Assembly: GCA_013416795.1 (NCBI GenBank)
Contig: RQSC01000006.1
Span: forward strand, 22,541-86,540
Origin: Prasinococcaceae sp. CCMP 1430
Lineage: Eukaryota; Plantae; Prasinodermophyta
DNA length: 64,000 nt
Direction of reading: 5' to 3'
The notes beneath the pieces are model-generated. The model was not told the origin of the DNA. It searched no databases and saw nothing but the letters and a program-made list of their open reading frames with translations. Below are positions 56,601 through 64,000 of this stretch, in pieces. The number at the start of each line of letters is the position of its first letter. The first letter of the stretch is position 1. The translations under genes were made by a program, and so were the position numbers.

Positions 56601-57800
56601 CTGCGCACGCGCGCGCGCGCGCGGCGGCGGCGGCTAGCCGTCTGCGCCACGCCCAGCGGGGCAGCGGGCGTGTCGTCGCGACCTCGTTGGGCAGCCGTGC
56701 TCGTGGCCGCAGGCGGTGGCACGCGCCTCGGCGCGCTGCTCGGCGGCGCGGCGCTGGCCGCACTCGTCCCGCGCTGTGCGGTCGCAGCAGTGACACAGCA
56801 CGGCCTCGCGAGGTGAGCGCCCGCGGACAGCGAACGCGCGCCGCGCGTGTCCGACCCGCGCACGACGCGTGTGCTGACGCGACCGCCGAACCCACAGCGC
56901 CGCGGCAGACGCTGCGTCCATTGCGACGCTGTACACGTACCTGCTCTGCGCGCCCGTGCTGTGGGGCAGGCACGGCCGTCGGTACGCGCGCCCGCTGAGC
57001 CAGTACGGTTTCAGCTGCAGGGACTGCGGAAAGGCGCGAGCAGGCGGCGAGGGTGAGTGCGCCCCCCGTGCGCGCGCTCTCGCGATGCGTGCGCGGCGCA
57101 TGCGTCGGCGCGCTTGCTGACGACGTGACGACTCTGCCGCTGCCAGCGCTCGTGGGCTTCGCGGCGGGCGCCGCGATGACGCTGGCGATCGTGGCCGCGC
57201 CGGCGCCGGCCGCCGTGAGCGCCGCGCTCGCATCGGCGGGGCCTATGTCCCTCGCGGCCGCGGCCCCTCCGCTCGTCGCGGGCGGGGTCGCGCTCGCGGC
57301 CGTTGAGGAGCTGCTCTTCCGCGGATTCCTCGCCGACGAGGTGCGCACTACGCTGCCTCGCGCCTCGCCACGCGACGCACACGCGCGCGCCTCGCTGCGC
57401 CTCGCTCTGACCGGCCGACCCGCTCATACTGCTTCGCGCAGGCCTCGCGTGAGTTCGGTGAGCGCCTGGGCACCGTCGCCGTCGCCGCGGTCTTCGCTGT
57501 GGCACACCTCAGCCCACGCGCGGCGTTCGGCCTCGCCATGCTCTCGCTGGCGCTCTCCGGCCTGAAGCGGCGATGCGGCGGCAGGCTTTGGGCACCCGTC
57601 GGGCTGCACGCGGTGCGTCGCCGCTCGGAGCTGGGAGAGCTTAGGCGGTGGAGGCGCCACGAGCGTGCGCGCATGGCGTTGCCCGTCCCCCTCGCTCGCT
57701 CTCTGACGCCACGCACGCCACCCGCGCCCATCCCGCCGCGCTCGCATCGCCGCGCCGCCGCCGCCGCGCAGGGCCTCGTGTCGGCGTACGCGTCGCTCGC
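56601..57800 (+). CDS. CPBP (CAAX protease / Abi) family membrane protein, partial; exons up to 56812, 56898-57052, 57147-57340, 57442-57612, and from 57772 into the gap
   Basis: LYTYLLCAPVLWGRHGRRYARPLSQYG, AVEELLFRGFLADE, AVFAVAH and WAPVGLHA. Four canonical GT-AG introns keep the frame. Confidence 0.8.
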
Positions 57801-58677
57801 NNNNNNNNNNNNNNNNNNNNNNNNNNNNNNNNNNNNNNNNNNNNNNNNNNNNNNNNNNNNNNNNNNNNNNNNNNNNNNNNNNNNNNNNNNNNNNNNNNNN
57901 NNNNNNNNNNNNNNNNNNNNNNNNNNNNNNNNNNNNNNNNNNNNNNNNNNNNNNNNNNNNNNNNNNNNNNNNNNNNNNNNNNNNNNNNNNNNNNNNNNNN
58001 NNNNNNNNNNNNNNNNNNNNNNNNNNNNNNNNNNNNNNNNNNNNNNNNNNNNNNNNNNNNNNNNNNNNNNNNNNNNNNNNNNNNNNNNNNNNNNNNNNNN
58101 NNNNNNNNNNNNNNNNNNNNNNNNNNNNNNNNNNNNNNNNNNNNNNNNNNNNNNNNNNNNNNNNNNNNNNNNNNNNNNNNNNNNNNNNNNNNNNNNNNNN
58201 NNNNNNNNNNNNNNNNNNNNNNNNNNNNNNNNNNNNNNNNNNNNNNNNNNNNNNNNNNNNNNNNNNNNNNNNNNNNNNNNNNNNNNNNNNNNNNNNNNNN
58301 NNNNNNNNNNNNNNNNNNNNNNNNNNNNNNNNNNNNNNNNNNNNNNNNNNNNNNNNNNNNNNNNNNNNNNNNNNNNNNNNNNNNNNNNNNNNNNNNNNNN
58401 NNNNNNNNNNNNNNNNNNNNNNNNNNNNNNNNNNNNNNNNNNNNNNNNNNNNNNNNNNNNNNNNNNNNNNNNNNNNNNNNNNNNNNNNNNNNNNNNNNNN
58501 NNNNNNNNNNNNNNNNNNNNNNNNNNNNNNNNNNNNNNNNNNNNNNNNNNNNNNNNNNNNNNNNNNNNNNNNNNNNNNNNNNNNNNNNNNNNNNNNNNNN
58601 NNNNNNNNNNNNNNNNNNNNNNNNNNNNNNNNNNNNNNNNNNNNNNNNNNNNNNNNNNNNNNNNNNNNNNNNNNNNN
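57801..58677. other. Assembly gap (N run)
   Basis: Seen directly. Confidence 1.
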
Positions 58678-58845
58678 GCAGCGCGCCGCGAGCTGCGGTG
58701 TTGCTGACGGGTGTGGCGGGGCGGGCGGGCGGCGGTTGGGCACGGCCGCGCCGCGCCGCGCAACCACACGTGCGGGGGCCCGCGCAGTGCGGGGCCCGCG
58801 CGCCGTGGGCGGCGTGGACATAACGCCGCGCAGCGCGCGATAGCC

Positions 58846-59298
58846 ATGCGCATGGCGAACGCGCGGACACATGCCGCGGCTGCGGTCGTGGTCGTGCTCG
58901 CAGCAGCCGGCTGCGAAGCGAGCCAGTACTACTACGACTACGACTACTACGACCACGGTGACTACTCGTTTGGCGAGCACTTCTGCGAGGAGTCGGGCTT
59001 CAAGAAGAGCGAGTGCAAGTCATACCCCATGTGCGAGTGGGCGGACGGCGAGTGCTGGTACAATCCGTCTTACGACTACTCCGACCTCCCGCACTACCCG
59101 GAGGACGACCACTACCCGCACTACCCGGAGGACGACCACTACCCGCACGAAGAGGACTGGCACTACCCGCCGTATGCGGAGGACGGGCCCGAGCACGAAT
59201 ACTACGACCACTCGGACCACCACGACCACTACCCGCACTACCTGGAGGACGACCACTACCCGCACGAAGAGGACTGGCACTACCCGCCGTATGCGGAG
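58846..59298 (+). CDS. Small secreted His/Tyr/Asp/Pro-rich repeat protein; 3' end uncertain
   Basis: Signal-peptide-like AAAAVVVVLAAAGCEA, a four-Cys motif, and HYPEDD / HEEDWHYPPYAE repeats. A donor GT at 59299 may pair with CAG at 59347 followed by TAA. Confidence 0.7.
59119..59298 (+). repeat. Internal direct repeat (about 64-nt block duplicated) inside the His-rich CDS
   Basis: GAGGACGACCACTACCCGCACGAAGAGGACTGGCACTACCCGCCGTATGCGGAGG occurs twice. Confidence 0.9.
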
Positions 59299-59360
59299 GT
59301 TCGCCGCGCTCGCCGCCCGGGGGCGCGCCGCCGCCCCCGCCCCGCAGTAACTGCCGCGCG

Positions 59361-59930
59361 GTTGAGGTTGAGGTTGTCATCGAACGTTCGCTTCCTCTTT
59401 GAGGTTTTCACATCAGGGTTAATTTCGAGACCGTTACGTCACTGTGCTTTGAGCTCCATCAACGCTCATGTGAAAAAGCGATTTCACTCGGAATTGTCCG
59501 GGAGAAAGTGCGGGCGAAAACGCCGCGCCGCGCATGCGAATTCGTATCAGATCCAGCCACTCCTGGGAAAACGTGTTAGTTTCCTTTTGTTTGTGCGACG
59601 TGCACGTGGATTCCTCCCCGGTGCCAGATTTGGGCGCGCGCGTGGCGCCGACTCGCGCGGGATCGGCCCGGATTGGATTCGGCGCGGCGCGGAACCGAAA
59701 CCGACACCGAAACCGAATCTGAAATCGAAACCAAACCGACACCGACGCATTGGGGCTGATGGTAATGTAGTAAGAAGCTTAAGCTTCTTCCAGTACATCC
59801 GGATGGTACTCTTGTAAGGAGCCTCTTACCTGAGGGTGTCATGGGAAACTAATATTTTTTCCTATTTCAGCTGATTTCATATCTATCCACCGAACCCCAA
59901 ACCAACCGAAAAGCGTTCGGGGGGAGTCGG
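59361..59930. other. Lower-GC island with a TGAGGTTGAGGTT start, AAACCGA-type repeats and clustered palindromes
   Basis: Same start motifs as the island at 474. AAGAAGCTTAAGCTTCTT palindrome at 59772-59789, followed by CATCCGGATG and GTAAG..CTTAC inverted repeats. Confidence 0.5.
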
Positions 59931-62900
59931 GCGCGGCGGCGCGGCGGGTGCGTTTTGATGGCGCGCGCGTTCCCCGAGCGCGCGCGCGCGGGGGCGTCTC
60001 GTGGACCTCGTGCGGTGCTTTCAAAAGCGCGCCCACGATCGTGCGGCGTGCAGCAAGCGAGCCGCGTGCGAGGTCGGCGAGGACGCGCGCGCGTGGCAGC
60101 GTGAGATCAGCTGCACCTGCGCCCAGTGCGCGAGCGGCGAGTGAGGCTACGCTTTCGCCTTGAAGTGAGACGGCAAAGCGATCCGCGGCATCGCCCGCGG
60201 CGCACGCGCGCGAGTCCGACGCACGCATGCACGCGCCGATGCACTCGAAGAGGGAATCCACAGTGCGCGAGTCGAACAGAGCGCCCTCCGAGCCGTTGCC
60301 CAGAGACTCAGACACGTCGAAGAGCGCACGCATGGCCGAATGAATGGACGAATGATCAGGCGTAGACTGGTCACCTTCGGCCTGCGTGAGCACATTCGAC
60401 TCGCCAAGACTTGCATGCAGCGCATCGACGGCACCCTCAACGAGCGCGGCGAAGAAGAGCCTGCCAGCACTCGATCTGGATCCAGAGTGCGCGCTTCCAT
60501 GTGCCTTCGCAGCCGAGCGCACGAGCTCGAAGGTGGTCTCGAGACCCGCGTGGCGGACGAGGTCGCACCAAAAGGACTCGCACTCTCGTGCCCCGCCCTC
60601 GATGCGTGCCCGCAGCATTCGCGCACCGCCGTCGGCGTACGTGCGGCACATCGCCACGGCACGCGCGCGCGCAGCACCAATGGCAACCCCACCGCTGCGG
60701 CACGCTACGACCACACGAGAGATGCAGTCCACAGTCAAGCGCTGGACAACGTGCGCGCTTGAGTTTGACTTCGACGTGTCATCATCGCGCGTGACCATCG
60801 TGAACGTGTCCGACGCCAGCACCTCGGCAAGAAGAGCGAGCGGAGCATCAATCCCATCCAGCGGCTCTTCTTCCTCGCCTGAGGCAGCAATGAGCCCCGC
60901 CAGAGCCTCCACGCCGCACAGCGCTTGCGCGCACATGTCTTCGAGATCTATTCCATCATCCGTGGGATCGCAGGCGCCTTCCTTGGCCGCCGCGAAAGTC
61001 CACAAGAGCGTACTCGGAAGCGCGCTTCGCAGAGCACTAAGTGATGCGCGCTCGAGGGCATCAGCGTGAAGCTGTCTCGGTCGCAGTGGGTCGAAGTACG
61101 CCGGCAGGCAGCGAACGGGCGCCTTGCGCAGCAGCTCACAGCAGCGCGCCTCCGTCGCGCGCGCCTCGTCGACGGAGCGCATCAAAATGCTCGCCTCTTC
61201 GGTTGGTTGCTCCGACATAGCCGCTCGGCAATGCATGCGCAGCAGCTTGAGCGCACCACATACGTCGACATCCGCAAGCGTTGGCTCGTCTTCCTCGCGC
61301 ACGCTTTCGAGCCATGCAGTTGCGAGGGCGGGCCTTTCCAGAGCGTGCGAGCGGTGCAACAACAATGCGAGCACGCTCGCGGCATAGCACGCCACCGCAC
61401 AGCGTTGCTCCCTCGTGCGAGTCGTGCTGGCCGGCGAGCAATATCTCAGCGCCGCGCAAAGCACCACGCGCGAGAGAGCACTCGCGCCGCCCTCGCCGCC
61501 CTCGTCGGCATCAAGTCCGCCACCCGCACGCTTGATCGCTGCCGCCACACTCTGCGCGAAAAAGGCAAGTACTGCGCACGACGCGTCCGATTCGTCCCAC
61601 GCGTCCTCCTCAGCTGCAGTAGCCATAGCGTTGCTACTGGGAGGCACCGCATCTAGCCACAGCATCGCCTCGCCCGAGCCTTCGACACACGCTCCGCTCG
61701 CGTGCAGCGCGTCGACGACCACCGCGCGCGCTTGGTCGTGCAGCCACGCCACGCGCGTACCTCGCATCGTGCGCAAGGCCGCGAGAGCTGCGTGCGCGCT
61801 CAGCGCCCTATGAACCCCCCCGCCGCTCACACCCGCGCTCACGCTTTCACCAGAGCCTGGAGCGCTCACGGCGCGCAATAGCCGCACGGCCGCTACGCAT
61901 TCGCCGAGGGGTGCCGCGCCAGCGTGCGCGGGAAGAAGCCTGGCTGCATCGAGCTTGGCGTCCGCGATCACCTCGGGAAAGGAGATGGCCAACCGCGAGA
62001 ACAGCTCAAGCAGGCGGCTACGGAGCAACGCTGGGCGATGAGAGGTCTCAGCAGCGTCGAGTGATGTCGCGTGCGCACACGCGCTGGCGCTGAGCGCTGC
62101 CACAAGAGTCTGCGCGTCGGGCAGGCGCTCACGAAGGCGCTCGCGCAAGGCCTGGCCTAGCCCCTCACCCGCGCGCGTGCGCACGCTCGGCGCCGCTGCC
62201 CCCGGTGGTCCGTCGCCGCAGACCGCTTCAAACGCTGCCAGCGAGCGCAGCAGCAGCCCGACCGTCGCGTATCGCACCATTAGCGAGCTGTGCTGCAGCC
62301 CGCGACTCAGCGCAGCCTTGGACGCCGCGGGGGGAAGCACCGCCGCTGCGAGGCACGAGAGGGTCGCACCGCGGCCTTCGCGAGCGCCGACGCCACCCGC
62401 CGCCGCCGCCAGTGCCCCTGACCCGCCGCCCGCGCGCGTTTCCGCGTGCGCGCCTGGCGGCTGCGCCGAGGCAGCAGTCACGAGCTGTCCCACGATGGAT
62501 ATCGACGTTAGCCACCTCTCCGCAAGGCGCGGCTCGAGGCGCATGGGAAGCTCAGCGAGGTACGCAGCCGCGAGGCAAGGGGCGGCGCGCGCAGCGCCCA
62601 GCAGCACACGCGCGTGCGCGGCGCATGCGCTCGGGCGCAGTGCGCGCAGGACACGCAGCGCGCGCGTGCAGCCGCGCACGCCCGTGTGCGACAGCACCGC
62701 GCGCTGTGGCGGTGCGAGCCCAAACGATGCGTCTGTGAGGAGCGCCGTGAGGATCGCTGCTGCCTCATACGCGGCCACCGCCTCGTCGCTCGAGGCGCTG
62801 CCCCCGTCGCCGCCGTCGCCGTCGCTACCGTCACCGCCACCTCCGGCCGCCTCACCGCCGCCGCGCGCGGCAATTGTCGCGAGCTGCTCGATGGCAGCGT

Positions 62901-64000
62901 CGCCGAACACGACGCTCATCAGTCGCGATGGCACCACGCCGGCACCACCTCCGCCGTCACCGCTGCCACTGCCGCCGCGCCGCTCGCGTGCGGCCGTCCC
63001 CGCGAGCGCCGCAGCCGCTCCGCCACCGACACCAAGCCTACCTCCTGCGCCCAGGGCAGCCTCCCTGAGCGCTCGCAACGCGAGCGCCGCCCGCCGCGGC
63101 GGGTCGCGCGCGAGCCCATGCAGCAGACCTGCGGCGAGCACCTTTTTCGAAAGCGCCGCGCGCGCGAGGGACGCCTCGCCTGGCTGCAGCAGCGCCAGGG
63201 CGAGGTCGACGAAGAGCGCGCGCGTTGGTATCCCACGCAGCGCACGTGCGCCCATGCAGCGGTGCGATGGCGACCATCGCGCTGCGGCAGCCGCGGCGCT
63301 GTCACCGCCCGCGCCTCCGCCTCTGCTGCCACGTTTGCGTTTGGTCGTAGCGGCGGGGGCGTCCGCGGCATCACCCTTGGGCGCTCTCGGGTGGTACGCG
63401 AGCCTCGGCCACGTCACGATGCCAAAGTCGAGACCGCCCGCTCGCACGAGCTCGCGCGCGACGGCGGGCCGGCCAGCCGCGGCAGCGGCGAGCAGCGCGA
63501 GCGCAGCACCCTGACGGAGCCGCGAGGTGCTGGCGAGCGCCGCGTGGCACGCCGCCAGGCGGCGCCGCGCGAGCGTCATCGCGACGGCGTCGAGCTGTGC
63601 AGCGAGCGCCTCCGCTTCACCAGCGAGCACTGCGCCGCCCGCGCGTGCGTCTGCCCGCGGGTCGTAGCGCAGCACCGTCGCGGCTGCGCACAGCCCGGCG
63701 ACGCTGCCGCGGTGCTTGGCGTCCTCAGCGAGGGTGTCCCACGCGCGCCACATTGCCGCGAGCGCGGGCGAGCGCACGAGCAGCTCGTTGAGCGCGCCCG
63801 CGGGCGACGCGGCGACGGCCGCACGCAGGGCATCTAGGCCGCGCTCGGCACGCACCGCCGAGCGCGAGTGAAGCTGCGCGAGCAGCTCAGAGGTGGGCGC
63901 AACGGGGAGGGGGGCCGCCGGCGCGCCGGCGTACCCATCGCCCTCCGCCGGCCCCGGCCCCTCGCGCCCAGCAGCCCCGCGCCCGGCGCCCGCATGGACG
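59839..64000 (-). CDS. URB1: Nucleolar pre-ribosomal-associated protein 1 (URB1/Npa1); start beyond the window, C-terminus apparently truncated
   Basis: Npa1-like blocks PTRALFVDLALALL, LLHGLARDP, VVFGDAAIEQL, LSRGLQHSSLMVRY and RERLPDAQTL. The frame stays open to base 64000, and the last codons run into the low-GC island. Confidence 0.8.
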   Translation of the reverse strand, partial: VHAGAGRGAAGREGPGPAEGDGYAGAPAAPLPVAPTSELLAQLHSRSAVRAERGLDALRAAVAASPAGALNELLVRSPALAAMWRAWDTLAEDAKHRGSVAGLCAAATVLRYDPRADARAGGAVLAGEAEALAAQLDAVAMTLARRRLAACHAALASTSRLRQGAALALLAAAAAGRPAVARELVRAGGLDFGIVTWPRLAYHPRAPKGDAADAPAATTKRKRGSRGGGAGGDSAAAAAARWSPSHRCMGARALRGIPTRALFVDLALALLQPGEASLARAALSKKVLAAGLLHGLARDPPRRAALALRALREAALGAGGRLGVGGGAAAALAGTAARERRGGSGSGDGGGGAGVVPSRLMSVVFGDAAIEQLATIAARGGGEAAGGGGDGSDGDGGDGGSASSDEAVAAYEAAAILTALLTDASFGLAPPQRAVLSHTGVRGCTRALRVLRALRPSACAAHARVLLGAARAAPCLAAAYLAELPMRLEPRLAERWLTSISIVGQLVTAASAQPPGAHAETRAGGGSGALAAAAGGVGAREGRGATLSCLAAAVLPPAASKAALSRGLQHSSLMVRYATVGLLLRSLAAFEAVCGDGPPGAAAPSVRTRAGEGLGQALRERLRERLPDAQTLVAALSASACAHATSLDAAETSHRPALLRSRLLELFSRLAISFPEVIADAKLDAARLLPAHAGAAPLGECVAAVRLLRAVSAPGSGESVSAGVSGGGVHRALSAHAALAALRTMRGTRVAWLHDQARAVVVDALHASGACVEGSGEAMLWLDAVPPSSNAMATAAEEDAWDESDASCAVLAFFAQSVAAAIKRAGGGLDADEGGEGGASALSRVVLCAALRYCSPASTTRTREQRCAVACYAASVLALLLHRSHALERPALATAWLESVREEDEPTLADVDVCGALKLLRMHCRAAMSEQPTEEASILMRSVDEARATEARCCELLRKAPVRCLPAYFDPLRPRQLHADALERASLSALRSALPSTLLWTFAAAKEGACDPTDDGIDLEDMCAQALCGVEALAGLIAASGEEEEPLDGIDAPLALLAEVLASDTFTMVTRDDDTSKSNSSAHVVQRLTVDCISRVVVACRSGGVAIGAARARAVAMCRTYADGGARMLRARIEGGARECESFWCDLVRHAGLETTFELVRSAAKAHGSAHSGSRSSAGRLFFAALVEGAVDALHASLGESNVLTQAEGDQSTPDHSSIHSAMRALFDVSESLGNGSEGALFDSRTVDSLFECIGACMRASDSRACAAGDAADRFAVSLQGESVASLAARALGAGAADLTLPRARVLADLARGSLAARRTIVGALLKAPHEVHETPPRARARGTRAPSKRTRRAAAPDSPRTLFGWFGVRWIDMKSAEIGKNISFP

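Noticed and set aside
5882-57771. Introner-like repeated introns
   Set aside because: The introns I compared share only GT-AG ends, CTGAC branch sites and simple repeats, with no sequence-level family.

Overview
Eukaryotic nuclear DNA, very GC-rich and gene-dense, with GT-AG introns. The homologies are plant or green-algal and include flagellar genes, which suggests a prasinophyte-grade green alga (inference). About 30 protein-coding loci can be supported. Recognised genes: CDC45, MLH3, an Elongin-B-like ubiquitin-fold protein, SEC22, DNAL4, an LRRC34-like protein, a DUF1295 protein, TCTEX1D2, a Rieske (RFESD-like) protein, plastid EF-P, XPB, delta-COP, a nitroreductase, a USP, a beta-lactamase-family hydrolase, GLE1, CFAP92, an NWE-motif ciliary protein, a fumarate reductase-cytochrome b5 fusion, DNAAF3, a CPBP protease and URB1. 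The assembly is a draft: N gaps, single-N joins, a 137-nt poly-G run, and several apparent collapses at (GC)n/(CA)n repeats that remove first or last exons. A ~320-nt LSU rRNA fragment sits directly upstream of SEC22. No tRNA, CRISPR array or intact transposase was seen. The best novelty candidates are: a putatively organelle-targeted ParB-like + qRRM protein; a Sec16-motif/WW/Uso1-C mosaic head-to-head with SEC22; a GLE1 with its own FG-repeat tail; a stand-alone VLRF1 release-factor domain; a degenerate RNase H; a secreted His/Tyr/Asp repeat protein; and a recurring TGAGGTT motif in low-GC intergenic islands. All homology calls come from motif recognition, not from database searches.
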